NCBI GenBank assembly: GCA_051362555.1 | Contig: CM120647.1 | Location: 14,174,651-14,238,650 of the forward strand | Length of the DNA: 64,000 nucleotides | Direction: 5' to 3' | From: Lingula anatina | Taxonomy: Eukaryota; Animalia; Brachiopoda | Part shown: in pieces, positions 1-13,782 of the stretch | How the letters are laid out: each line of letters begins with the position of its first letter | Position numbering within the stretch: the stretch's first letter is position 1 | Program-made: the position numbers and the translations under genes | Notes under the pieces: model-generated | The model's database searches: none | What the model saw: only the letters and a program-made list of their open reading frames with translations | What the model was told of the DNA's origin: nothing

Positions 1-883
1 TCGTCTTTTTGGGGTATTTTCTAATGCCTTCGATAGTTACAAATGTTAAATGTTATCAGTTTGATCTAAAGGCAAACCGCCCTTCTGTTACTTCAAAGAG
101 AACTTAAAATGACTACGTGAAATGTCACCACATAAAAGAAGGAAAAAACGAGCGGGAAGATATGTGCATAGCAGCGTCGGTTATCGGGGGGTTAAGGGTC
201 CCGTTTTTTCCTGTTTAACTGTTGTTCAACGATACCATATCATTAATATCTAATTACGGGGCATTCAGCGCGTTCATGACTAGGAATCCCTTGTCTAACG
301 TTCTGCTCCTCCGCCCGTGAGAACTCCACTGTCACGTGATGGGCGGTCGCGGAAATTTTGGGGAGAGACAATGGGAACGTTATGCACTTTTTTGCGTGGT
401 GTGACGCAGCGTGATGTAGGCGAACGGCCTCTGGGTGATGTATAGCTTGGAAATGCTGATCATCTTCCGCTGTGACACCTCGACCATGAATTTGTCCTTT
501 TGAGAAAATGTCAAGTATTTTTGTTCTCTTAAAGGTGGGATAGCCTGTCCGCCTATGTTTTTCTCCCCCACTGAACAAATTAATTCCGTTATTGTGAAGT
601 CTCCCCTGACAACCCCCGTAGACGGGTAACTGTTGTCATTGGCAAGTCATTTCAATGCATTTCTACAAGATACTGCACAAGCAAGAATGACGGAGATTGA
701 TGTACTTCTGCAAAGCACTTTTAGGTGAGTGGGCTTTTTTTTTTTCTCGAGATGTTTCTGGTGTCTATAGCATGTTGCCATGGAAATCAAGCAATGAGTT
801 GTGTATCATACTTTTTCAAGTTGCATATTGTTGCTAACGTAGGTGACATGAACATGAAAATGAAAGAGAGAGGGAATAAATGA

Positions 884-924
884 AAGAGAGAGAGAGAGAG
901 GGAGAGACATAGAGAGAGGGGGGA

Positions 925-977
<53 letters not shown>

Positions 978-997
978 GAGAGAAGGAGAGAGAGAGA
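884..997. repeat. Compound (GA)n/(GT)n microsatellite
   Basis: Directly visible dinucleotide runs; source of the spurious HTHTHT ORF 787..1038. Confidence 0.95.
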
Positions 998-3363
998 TCA
1001 ATGGGTTTCGCATCGAGTATCGTGGAATCGTGGTTCAAACGATAAGTTGAGAGTTAGAGAGAAATATAATGTATAGAAAGTCGAAACAGGACACGTTCGC
1101 ACAGCCACTCACAATCAAACTCAAGAAAATAGGAAGGCGAAACAAAAAACAAGGAAGAATATATAAAACACGCTACAAAGAAATCTAAATATAAACATTA
1201 TTTTATCTTGGCTGCTGACTAACGATGCCCTTGTCAGCAAAGAAAATTTACTAGACAAAATCATCTTCTCAGACCAATTTGTTTAATTCGTACTTTTCTT
1301 CCCAAAGCCTTTGTTTTTTCAAGGACGCAACCGCTAGGTTTATCATCATTTTACAAATAAAAGATATTAATTTTGGAGTAATTGCCCACGGAAATATTTT
1401 ACGTGGGGCGCATGAATTTATTACCCTTATGTTGAAATTAATGCTTTGAGTCTCGCGTCTCTATAATGCTAATGTTTTTGTTGGTGGCTGAGAAAACTGT
1501 CGATTTTAAAACTGTGATTTGACATTGATAGCGAGACCCTGCTCGTGCTATGAAATAACCGTTGTTTAATACGAGACTGGTGGGGCATTTTGAAACAATA
1601 TGACAATTTTAGTCGCAGGATAATGTAAACGTTTATGTCTTTTAATTAATTTTTCTTCTTTATATACTTCAAGTCACCTCTGCTGAGATCTACGCAGTAA
1701 TAATGAAATACCTTTATTTGAATAATGCAACACAATAACAAATTACCAATTTGGCATGCTCAGTTTTGATAAAAAAAGAGACAGATAGTACCTACGTAAA
1801 GGTAAATTTTATTTTTAGAATAAATCGAAATAAAATTGCATCATGGTGGTCGTTGTCGTACCTAATTAAATCGATGTCCATGCAAGCGGTAAATTGAAAC
1901 CTTTCGCGAGTGAATATGCCGCTATTTTTCCCACTCATTTCCTTCACAAAGAACGCAGAAAACTGATGACTAAGAATGACGTATTAAATAAGAAAATTGT
2001 GAACACATTTAAAAACAATTCGGAAGTTTATTTTTTCCTACTTCATCACAGAATTGTTCGATAAGATATTTTACTTGAGAAATATTCAGAGCATTTTAAG
2101 GACGGGGGGGGGGGGGGGGGAGTGGTCTCAAATAATTTGTACAACATTATTTATCAATCAATATCAATAAAAATACTAAGTCCTTCATCGCAACCAGTCT
2201 CGTTCTTCAGTCGAGGCACGACGAGGGCAATAAACAATAAAGTTCCGAAACAAATTTATTCTCACCTTTTTGAGGGTTTAATAGCACAGCGCACCAATTT
2301 GTCACGGCGCCTTAATACCCGTCACTACTTAATAATGTCAGAATGTCTCTTTCTTATTGGGTTTTTAATCTCACATTAAAAGACCTTAAAATACCTGTTC
2401 TAACACGCCATGCGTCATTTAGTCATTTTCAGTCAGAGTGACAAGGCCGTTTCTGCTGTTAAATATAAAGACGAAGGTAGATAACCGTAAAGTATTCGTT
2501 TACAATTAATGTCATTTTATTACAAGGATTTGAAGGCGGTGCCTAATACACGTAGTAATAGAAGATATGGGTTTCGTTTATTTGACAGGGTGTGTTAATT
2601 GTTGAAGGTGTTTTTATTGTTTGTGGGGATTTGTGTGGGCGTATTAGTTTCTGCAGATATTAATGAGGAGAGAGAGAGAGAGAGAAAGAGTATAACTTTT
2701 GACTGTGCAAAAAATCAAGTGTGATTCCAAAATATTGATAAATATTAGATGATGGGATGAGAGAAAGAGAGAGAGGACGGACGGGGAAAGGCAGAAAGAT
2801 AAAGAAAAGAAAAAAACAATGCGTATACATCGACACTTGCTCGTGTGCGCGTTTTCCCGTGCGCGCGTAAGCCTCTACCCACATACGTAGACGCGTGCAA
2901 ACAATTCACACCAATTTACTGTTAGTCTAGTGTGGCTAATTATCAACTTAGGGTAATGCGTGAGGCTAATAAACAGACATTAAGGGCGGGTCGCTTTTAA
3001 ATCGCTGATAAAACTTAATTCATGACATGTGGCAGGCAATATTATAAATAACCGACCTAGGTGCATACATATTCCACCGCGTGTTGGAGTATTAAAGCTT
3101 ATAGAGCATAATGCTGTGAACCCTCTGTTACACGTAATTTGCATACATATATTTATAAGGCACATTTTAATCTCTTTCTTTCTACGAGCGTTTTAAAGTG
3201 GAGAGAGGCTGGCCTTTCGTTTTACGATACTGTCGAGGTAAAATCAAGCTCGCTCTCTCTCTCTCTCTCTCTCTTGTATCAGTGACACATAACAAGCGAG
3301 CGATGCGGTTCGGGAGGTCGGTCATCTGACTGCTGAAGAAGTGAGGAATCTGTCTATCTTGCA

Positions 3364-3370
3364 TATAAAA
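3364..3370 (+). promoter_or_regulatory. Candidate TATA box upstream of the CpG-richer region leading into the 4645-5367 exon
   Basis: TATAAAA at the start of a GC/CpG-richer stretch; TSS not verifiable. Confidence 0.3.
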
Positions 3371-4644
3371 GATGATAATTTCGATAAAAGCGACTTAAGG
3401 ACCTCCTTTCCCCTTCTGTTATTTTCAGGAGAGCGACAAACGCGACCAAGCGCAGGCAGCTGTGAAATTATAATATCTGACCACACGTTGGATTTCGGCG
3501 GAGTAGAGAGGAAACGCTACTTAACCCCAGACCTCGCACAGCCGTCGCAGTAGAAGAGCCAGAACTGAGAAACGACCCTTATTGGCTTAAAGACTCTCGC
3601 TAACGGTAGATCTCGACGCACAGAGGCGTTCCTGACTCAACCCATTAAGCCTGGTGCCTCACGAGAGGGGCATGACAACAATTAATCTATCAGATACCGC
3701 TTCCTTCAAGCTCTGTTGAGGTTCACTTTTAACGTGGCTGACGCATGGAGTAGGTCGTGTTTTCTTGGACTCACTGACTTTTTGCGTCGATTTTTGATAA
3801 AGTACGAAAAAGAATATTGTGGGACCCGGACAAGTGAGATTAACCGCTGATTGTTGAAGCCAACATCGATATCACCGCGGACTGGGACATACCATGTTAA
3901 TATGGGCTCTCGGTAGTAATAACAGTTTTACCGTCACTACCAGAACGACCACTGAAAACGCCGCGATTTAATTATTTTTACTACAGAAGTAGCATTGTCG
4001 TTGACGCACTACGCTGTCTACTATCGTAGGACTTACACTCGGTGACGACTGGAAGTTAAAGAGAGATTTAGCGTAGCCCCGAGGGCGATATTTCTTTTAA
4101 CGGCTGGGAATCCACTTCAGTCAACTGCCTGCCCCGAGGCGGTGCACAGCCAGCCTGCGTAGTAGTATTTCTATAATTACTGAAGAATAATTTCACAAGC
4201 TGCATTGATTCAAGTGTCAAGTGGTCCATGTGCAAGGAAAGGATAGGGGAAAAAGTAAGGACATTTTTTTACGACCTGAAATACTCATTTACAAACTAAG
4301 TCCATGCCTGCTGTTACTGCTGACTGGGCTACAACCATACAAGTAGTCGACTACACAAGATAGGGCGGATTTTACATTGTTTTGCATTTTTTTCTTAAAC
4401 TATAACCGGCGTTGATATTTTACTGCATGCAAGCGGAGTCTCTCGCGTGTAAGGACTCCGTCGACGCTACCAAAATACAGTCACAAAACGCTGGGGCCTA
4501 CAATATAGGAAAGGTAGATGAATTACGATTTTAGCTCAGATATGACGTTGTAATCTTTCTTTCTAGCCTGAAACGATCCTGCGAACGACTTGCCTCACGA
4601 ACGGACACGGTACATTATGTCAAAGCAGGCCAACGCGAAGAAAT

Positions 4645-5367
4645 ATGCGGATAACTCTTAGATTTCGTTCCTCTCTCAGCGCCGAGAGTGTGCTATCGTA
4701 CCTCTATCTCCTAGGAGCAATATGGAGTGTATTCTCCGCCCCTCTTTCGGCGGACATCGCCTCACAGCCTGTAAGCATTGTCATGGCGGAGGCCCCTCCA
4801 ACACACAGGACATTATGGCTGTTACACAGACACAGGAGAAAAACGAATGGGAATATCCCGAGAGCACAGGGATCACCACAGGGACCCAGCTCCCCAGCTT
4901 TTCATTCAAATCCTCAGTCATCGTCTGCTTCAAATGTTGCACTCTCCGCCGCAGACGATCTTTCAGGGAAGTGGAGAGGTAGCGGTAGTGGAAGGGGGCG
5001 AGGTATGCCCGTTGCTAAACAATTCTTCTCTCAAATTATCAAAAAGAACGCTGGGTCCGGTTCGAGCAGACGAGCCGACCTAGCGCTTTCCAGACTGGCA
5101 GTTCTATCCGGGCAGCAGACGGGTTCAAGTCAAGGAGACAATGCCTCTCTGCCGCTCTCTTCCATTCCGTCTTCAACTCACGGGACAAATCCCGCAGACA
5201 ATTCAGAAGCAGACGATACCAGTATTCCTAGCGCTCCCGCCATGGCGGAAGGCGCAAACTCAGTCTCAGAGGACGGAAAATCTTCGGAGAATACATCGAT
5301 TGTCTCTCTACACACAGTTTCGGAAAGGTCCTCAGATGCAGGAACAGAAGGCGACGTCACGCACAGG
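4645..5367 (+). CDS. Probable first coding exon of an unidentified gene; Ser/Gly-rich, disordered N-terminal region (start at 4645 or at MAEAPP, 4783)
   Basis: 255-codon ORF, GC-richer than flanks, with a consensus donor CAGG|GTAAGT at 5367/5368 (phase 0), after which composition turns intronic. No domain recognised. Confidence 0.65.
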
Positions 5368-8300
5368 GTAAGTCACCAAAATTTTTTCTTACGTGACCCT
5401 TTTCCGGGATAGATAACCCCCTCTTCCTATTTTTTTGTTTCTATATTGGCACCCTCGTCACCGACTTCTACTTGAGGAAGTGATATTCCAAAGGCATCTT
5501 GAGTGTTAATGGCTCTGAAGGTAATGCAAAATGAGGACGAATTGGCGCATTTCTATGCAATTCACGTTTTGTGGCCGATTCGGCTATAAGTTGTATACCT
5601 AGCATGTTTATGTTTTCTTTCTCATACTTGCCCTTGGCATTCGGGCATTCTTTCACCACATACCCGGCATAGCATACTGTGTCGTATCCCTAAGATATCA
5701 ATGATTTTTTTGTGTGTAGGGGACTCATTCAAAGATTACCAGCTTCTGTGGTACAGGAAAACGAGAGAAAATTGCCGAGCGTGTAACTTAAGAATGAAAT
5801 GACGCTGTCGAGACTTGGATACCGGAAGTGAAAAAGGCTTAACGTCGATAGAAGGCTATTAAAATTCAGCACGTCGAATCTAGAACATCAAGACGCATTA
5901 AAGGGATTTTATTGTAGATAACATACCTTACCGTTTAATAATTCATATCCCTAGCTTCCCATGCATATTCTGCAAGTCTTTGTGTTCCTCTCTATCTAGG
6001 TGCAACCTGCCATTTATACCCATTTATTTACAAAATCGGAGATAATATTTCTCTGGTATGCACTTCCATACACATTGAAGCGATTTTGTGTGCCTATTAT
6101 TTTAGCATGTTAGCCGTTTACCTTCCAAACTGAGTGCAAAACATGATTTATATCCAATTATTTATTAAAAACAAAAATAGTTGTCCCGTACAGAAAACCA
6201 TGAGTTTTATACATCTTGAAGCAAAAGTATAGAGCCAATTTACGATTGAATCTGAACCCAGACCCTTGTGTAAACCCCTTTCTTTAAATCAGCTAAACGA
6301 AAGCAGGCTCACGCGTTGTTTCAATGTGAATGTTAGTTACAAGGACAGCTAATAAGACACGCGACATTTTAAAACACACCTGGCACTTTTTTTAATGCTG
6401 GTTTCTTTTCTTTCTTCTCGTGAATGTACTGTGTGTGTGTTGACACCTCTTCCTCTCGCTTGCACCGAAAGTGAATCTATCAACATTGGCTAGCTGGCCT
6501 ACACTTAGGGCTTACATATACATCTGCCTTGACTCAAATTGTATCATACCAAAGTCTCGTTCATGGTACCTGATTAATGAGACCCTTCTCCTCTCCAGAA
6601 CGCGATGAGATACAGCATGCCCGTCATAACCATACACGGGTCACGGTTCCACATGTTAAGGTCCCAGAACGTGCATCAGTGTAGTAACGTAAATCATGGT
6701 TTTAACACCTTTATTTTAAAGATGATATCAAAACGCTGATAATATGGCATAGAGCGCTAGCTCTGCTTTGGGAGGCGTGGTTTGCATTCACCTGTGTTGG
6801 TTTTGATATAATTTTGTGTATGTAGGGGTTAGAGGGATGCTGTTTTTTTTTTCAGTAAAAATGTATACACCCCAACCCTTCTATTATGAGGTATTTTGCT
6901 TAAGATTGAACAACTGAATAATATAAATATATACTCACTTCATCCTTATACAGTTCAATTACTACCAGTATGTTGTGTTGGTGAATGTTGTCAAAATATT
7001 TAAATTTAACATGTCAGAGTTTCTCAATTGGCAGGCATGTTGTATTTCATTTAAAAACACGTAAATTATTGAAAATTCAATTGATTTTGCTAACTAAGAT
7101 AGTGAAGGAATTTGTAGCACGTGGAATCAATTCACTTCCGTGTTTGGCGACTCTCAGTTCAGTTTTACTATTTCAGTTGATTACCATGTACATAAAATGG
7201 ACTATATCTTTTAATTAACTATATTTATCCTGTTCGAATTTCCACTTTTTCCATGTACATACTTTAACTTATCCGAAAGATTTTCCACGCTTTCCTTATG
7301 TCTTCTTAATTTTTGTCTGCCTAAACGTTTCATTTTATCGTTTGCATTTTAACTACACGGTTTACCCTATAATTTGTTTTTTTTCTTGAAATCTTTTTCA
7401 TCAAAATAGCAATTTATTACTGTCGATGCTACGGAGATATAAGCCCAGTATTTTGTTTGTGGAAAGAGGTTTTCAGTGGGATGGGAAATGATAAAAAGGC
7501 CCAACTTAATTATCGAACAACACCTGTGGTCTTGTAAAGTATTAAAAACGCGATGGATGAATTGCAGATGAAAGCGACTTGATTCAATATGTGTCTTTTG
7601 TCGGAAATGTGTTGCTTTCCAGAAGTGGTATTATCATTATTGTTACATGTACTTATTGTCCCTCTCCCCCCCCCCCCCCCCAACTATCTCTCTCTCTCTC
7701 ACACAACTTTTTTCTATTTGTATACCGCATGACTCTAGACTATAAGACTCCGGAATTCATTTAATTGCGTAATTTATAAAAGCACCACATTCGTGACTGA
7801 TTCAGCATTTTTATTTATAAGATAGATTGTTTAGGGACCACGTCACAAAGTCACTTGCTTGTTGTCAGCATAAACAAGGTCTGGGTATCTAACCTGAGTT
7901 AAAAGATGCTCTATGGCATCAAAACACGCAATTTTACAATTCACAAAGACCTAATGGGCCATAATGAAAGTCACAGTCCCCGTCTTGCAAATAATTAAAT
8001 AATTTCAGGCATTTTTCTCCAATCTGTGACCGTATAGTTATCACCAATTACCAGCTTCAGCGCCGATGTCCAAGCCGGCACTTTTATTAAAAATTTTGTT
8101 TGAAACCACGCCCGTTTACAGCAGCTGTCAGAATGACTGGTCTGTTGGGGTTGAGTTTGTCTTTTTTAAAAATATTATCACCCTGTCTGTCAAGAGAAAA
8201 ATGAGAAAGTCATATGTGTTATCTTGGTTTTGTCAGCGCTGTGCTCTTGGCGCAAACTCTCCGGTTATAATACATGTAATCCTGCTCGTCACCAAGGGTT

Positions 8301-10953
8301 GACGATTACTTCTGGATTAATATAGGTTACGTTATTTATCTCTCTTAGGGCAGGGAAATCCCAATTACTTCATTTCTATACAATCTTACGAGTGTTAACA
8401 CCTCTCCCCCCTCCCCCCATGATAATCAATAAGCACGATGATGGCTACATTTCTATATATGGAACCTTGCGTATCTTTCCACACAGGGTGTCTGGAGTCT
8501 AATTATTTATGTAAATCCTAATCAAAGAAATTCGCAATGCAAACTGTTCACAAAGTTACTATTTATACAGTTTCACATATTGGTCGGGTCGTGATGCCGG
8601 CTGTTGACCTCCGGCTGACGGACTGGGTGAACAACTGTCGATAATTTTACGTGGGTTGAATATTGATAAAGACACCGTTAAATTTACTTCTTTAATTAAT
8701 TAATAAAATTACATACCGTTTAGATACCATTTTTGTCAATAGTCACAACAAGCTAACATACTGGTTATTCTAATCACATTCCACTGCCAAACACACTGTG
8801 ACTCTTCGTGGAGTAAATTTGAACAGAGGTGGCGATGAAATGTGCTTTTCATGATGAAATAATAAAATGAAACAACATCGTATCATTTTTTTGGTAGTCG
8901 TATATGTGTTAAGTTTATGTTAATAATATGTATTGTGTTATATCTGCCCATCTCCTTTCTTAAAGTTGAATAATTCAAACAACAACAATAACAATAACAA
9001 CAACAACGCTCTTTCATAAATCAGACCCTGCTTTTATCATACCATTTTTTTTTCTTTGGGGTACCGCTAAGAAGATGATATGCACTTAGTGTTCACTCAT
9101 CACTTTACTCCCAAAGTTGACAGGGTGAAAAACTTAGTAAATCATTTTAAAGAGTCGGTGGCCTTGACTGGAGTTACGTACACATGTCAGTCAAAGTTAG
9201 GTCAGGTGGCTTGTAGGGCTAAAATATCATTTGAGATCCCCAAGTCAAAGTAATGAGCGCTAAGGTTAGAAGTAACACGTGGTTATGACCACGATAAAAC
9301 TGGGATGAATTGATCATTTACTATTAGAAATTATATACACATAACTGTTGACTGATATGCCAGAAACCGTACAACCAGCAGTTTCTTTAATTCAAGGTGT
9401 CCTTCAAAGCTACAGCGTTGATGTGTATTGTTCTGCAGCGTACATAACAAGCAGTACTTTTTTTTCATGACATGCAAATACTGTTGCATTTTTGTAGTAG
9501 CGTGTTGCATCTTAACCTTCAGTCGGGGGCTGACATTAAATCTCTTTTTCTGCGAACTAGGGGGATATTATTCTTGTTTTGTCTTTTATTATGTCCTTAG
9601 ATCAAGCACTGCGCAATCTGTTGCCAACAGGTCTGTCGTTTTATGCCGCTTCCTCTTCCGCTGTTCTCGTTCTGTGATCTCTGGGTGAGAACAGGTGGTT
9701 GGTGTGACGTCATCCAGTCAGGTGACTTTTACGACGTCACGTGGGGGAGAGTCTGCAGTGACCAGCTGGATACAAGAGCAATGAGAGTGGTTTTTACACA
9801 AATATTATAGTCGGTGCTTGTCGTATGGGTTTGTTGATGAATATTTTATAAAGAAATATTGATATTTTGGTTTGATGTGCAAATCATTCGTTTTCTTTAT
9901 TTAAATCGGCAAACTACAGTAAAAAAGTAATTTTTCATAATACTGTATAACAATGAATAGCCACACTCGTCACCAATGTTATTTGATTACGTTTTTAATT
10001 TTTTTTTCATATGCCATGGTTAGGCACCCCAAACTACCCCCAAAAATTCTCATCTAAAATTCAGAGAATTTGCTTAATCATATCAAAGATGACTCTGGAG
10101 CAAGGCACCAAAATGACCTTTCTATCCACGCATGGCACACACGCTATTTGGGCCGTGAAAATGGACACCGACGTGACCTTTCCTGGCCTTTGCACTTTTC
10201 TGATTTGGTTAGGCTTACACACTATAACTTTAGTTAGAATAATGACTTTAACTTCCACGTACAAACTCACAGCACTCAAACATAGCCCACGACTTTATTA
10301 TTATAAAGCAAGCGTGGATATTGCTTACGAATTGACCAATACTGATTCACATAGGATCAAGATATTATTTTATTATTATTATTTTTTTTTGGGTGGGGGG
10401 TGGGGGGCGGGGTGGGGCGCAATATTTTACTCTTTTGTCACATTCCATTGTCTTGTATACTTTCCCCAAATATAAACAATATAAACATCCTATTCAAGTA
10501 CACAGCCTACCAACAGCCTACAAACAGTACACAGCCTACCAAATATCTATAATATCCAAACGTTTTATCATTTAAAGAAAAGACACATGAGTACCCAGCG
10601 TGTGGCGGAAGGGTATTCTGCATTTCGTTTGGTATGTCAAAAATTGCCACGGGAGGCTTGGACAGTGTCCAGTTAAGATAACCTGTTAGTAGCCTAAAGG
10701 TGGATAGTATGCGATTCATTATCCATGTATTAATGGGCTGGACGGATAAGTTGAACTCTGCCACAAAACGATGTCCAACACAAACTTGGAGGCATTCTAA
10801 CCTCAATTGATCTGGTGTGTCGTCATCACTGATAAGTTTAGGTGGGAAGGGGAGGGGGTGGGGTGCGGTGATTGGGTAGGGGGTAGAAGGCGTTGATTCA
10901 ACCCTTGAGTTGTATGTTGTGTTATTTGACGAAATCTACACGGGTTAATCTGG

Positions 10954-10955
<2 letters not shown>

Positions 10956-11019
<64 letters not shown>

Positions 11020-11027
11020 GGAGAGAG
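10956..11027. repeat. (GT)n(GA)n microsatellite
   Basis: Directly visible. Confidence 0.95.
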
Positions 11028-13731
11028 CGGGCACTATTTTATCATTTAATTTGTCATGACTGCCTCGTCTCTCACAGCTGCACATTATTTATTTATTGTA
11101 TAAGGCAATCCTTGCCCTGTTACGTAAATGTCATGTTTACGGTCTGTTCAGCCATGTATTGACGTTCCAACAACATAAGCTTAAACGGTTCGATCCATGC
11201 TTTCTGACTGAGTGAATAAATGTGTGTCGACACGCGTTAATTGTTCGTTTTATAAGTATTGGATTTTTTTATTCAACCGACATCGAAAGTAAATGTTATC
11301 TCTAACTGTGTTAAGTTATAACTCAATCGAGTATGTTTTCAATTCAAATTATCAAGAGATGAAATAATTGAATAACTTTGGAAAACCTGTCTCGTTCACA
11401 CGCACAAACACAGTTCCATACACACGCACACGTACAGCCCAAATGCTACCCATGAAAAACGGCCACGTTTCAGCGGGAAAATGTGTCCGAAGCAGACGAC
11501 ATCTCTTTATTATCATCAACCAAAGTCATTGCTCCTAACCACCCATTATAAAGTTGAAGAAGTCGAAAAATGATGACTCAGGGTAAATTATTTGATGTGC
11601 GGTGTAGATAGATACTTAGACCAGGGGTGACGCTACGTGATAAACTTAACTGCTCGGGTAATTTGCAGCTCGAGGGGTGATAAGCCAGCTGGGTGGTCAA
11701 GCACTGGAAAGATGGGTCAGATAGGCCTGGACAACGGGTCAGTAATGACGGGGTTCGAAAAGTCCGAACCTGGCCATTGGGTGCATTTGGCATGGGTCGG
11801 AACTGATAACGGAGTTATTGGGTGGCAATTCCTTTTCCTAGAGGAACACCCCTGCAATTAAGGAAACAACCAGCTAGCACGAGGCCGTTGGATTTGAAAT
11901 GGCGACTCACCAATTGTCCCCGTTCACGTACTTTCCGGCTAGTCTAGATTGCAAATAAAAAAATGAACAGAATTATCACATTTCAACATATAAGATTCCG
12001 GATAATGGGTCTGGATATGAAACATTCTCTGTTTGTAATAGAGACTCATTTAGATGTTTAAAGGTGTTAGGAAATGAGTTAAGTCTGATGATCAAATAAT
12101 GCTTAAGTTTATAACGAGCTCGGAATGTGTTACAATCCCATTTTTTAACAATCTAATGGCGTTGAAGTTCAGCACTTATGACTCACATCAAGCGTTGATG
12201 AGCTTGTGAATTTCTCGTGATGAATATGTCGCCCATTTAAGAAAGACAAAAGACATAACCCTCAGTGTGATTTGCTTGCATAGTCAATCACGTGTACGGT
12301 TGCAAGTTAAGCAATAATTTTACTGTTTAACGGCCGTGACTTGTGTTGTTATGCCTGATGATTTATTATTACAGACAACGGAATGGAAGGGCATAGGAAA
12401 TGACAAAGACGGAAACCACAAATAAAAAAGCATTAGTTTCAAGTTGAAAACTAAAGAAGGATGACTGCCTGATCGGTAAAATGTACTTCTGGTGTAAGTG
12501 AATAATTCTGAGTCATCTTAACATCTCTTTATTTTTTAATTTGAATTCACAGCTAATTGCGTTGACAGAATTTTTGTTGTCCATTGAGATATCTGACTTT
12601 TAGGAGACTCATTCCTGACACTACGGGGGACTAAATTGAATATTCAACGCTGCCGGTAAATACTTTCATGTCATTTATGACCGCTTAAAGAATTTCAACC
12701 CTTTTATTATATTCTTAAAACTAAACGCGGGTCCTTGGGCACATTTTGAATATAAAAACCTACCGCCTTTTGTAAAACGCTATCCATTACACGGTATTTA
12801 GTCCTGGATTTTAACTGCCCGCCCTTAAGCGACAGTTTTCTAATTTAACCACACTTGATTTTCCCTCTGGCCGCCGCGGTGAAACACGAAGTGATTGGTA
12901 CTGATTACCTTGTTCAAAAAGGCATCGCCCCAAAAATCGCCATTACGCTATCGTAAAACCACCACCGGCCAATGTATCGTAGCAAGAACGTCAGGTGCAA
13001 CATCGATTTTTTATTGTATGCCCTGTTGTCCAATTATGGTTTGTGATATAACCCGTAAGAGAGTACAGATATGGGTACCAACGTTTAAGGTACTAAGAGC
13101 AATGTCACGTAATGCTTGCCTTACTGTTTATGTGCTTCCTTGGTAATTCCGTAATTTCTCATAAAACGAATGGACTGAGTGTTGACTTGTTGTGTTCAGT
13201 GTCTGTACAAGGAAAACATTTGGTATAAACAGTAGGTAAATGACATTATATGATAAAGCGTAATTTCAGGCTTTGTCAGTAGAGGCTTCGCAGATATTTG
13301 GTGAATAAATTCAGCACCCTTCGTCTAAGCATAAAGTTCATTGTAAAAACTGGAATTAAGTTTGGCATTTCCTTTTTGACAAAATTACACTGTGTACATC
13401 ACTTACGTCAATACAAAATGTCATTTTCAAACAGTACTCATGTGACAGGAATGATAGTCCTGGGAATGCAAGTCTGGGGTCCCTTATGATTACTACATTT
13501 ATTATTAGGGTTAGTCGTAGTACTGGGGTTAGTATATGGGACGAATGTCAACTGTACTAATTAAGTAATGGTGAACGGACCACGGTCCTTCCGGACTACC
13601 ATTCCTGTCACGATGATTTCTCATATTAATATCCATTTAGAAGAGACAATAAGAAGCACCAAGAGATACATTGGTAATCGTAGTTCGTGTCATCTGCAGA
13701 AGCCATCTTGCCGCCAGATTTAGTGGGTACC

Positions 13732-13782
13732 AATTAAGTGGGTACTAATTAAGTGGGTACTAATTAAGTGGGTTCTAATTAA
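13732..13782. repeat. 15-bp minisatellite (AATTAAGTGGGTACT, about 3.5 copies)
   Basis: Directly visible tandem units. Confidence 0.9.

Noticed and set aside
787-1038. ORF with HTHTHT/LSLSL; similar ORFs at 15416, 15430, 28621, 40140, 40173 and 53884
   Set aside because: Translations of microsatellites.
9601-9684. Open 84-nt AG..GT segment (IKHCAICCQQ...DLW) as exon 2 of the 4645 gene
   Set aside because: Phase fits, but the peptide is unrecognisable and no further exons follow; not supportable without transcripts.
10011-10475. 154-aa ORF
   Set aside because: No domain or splice context; runs through repeat-like and low-complexity sequence.
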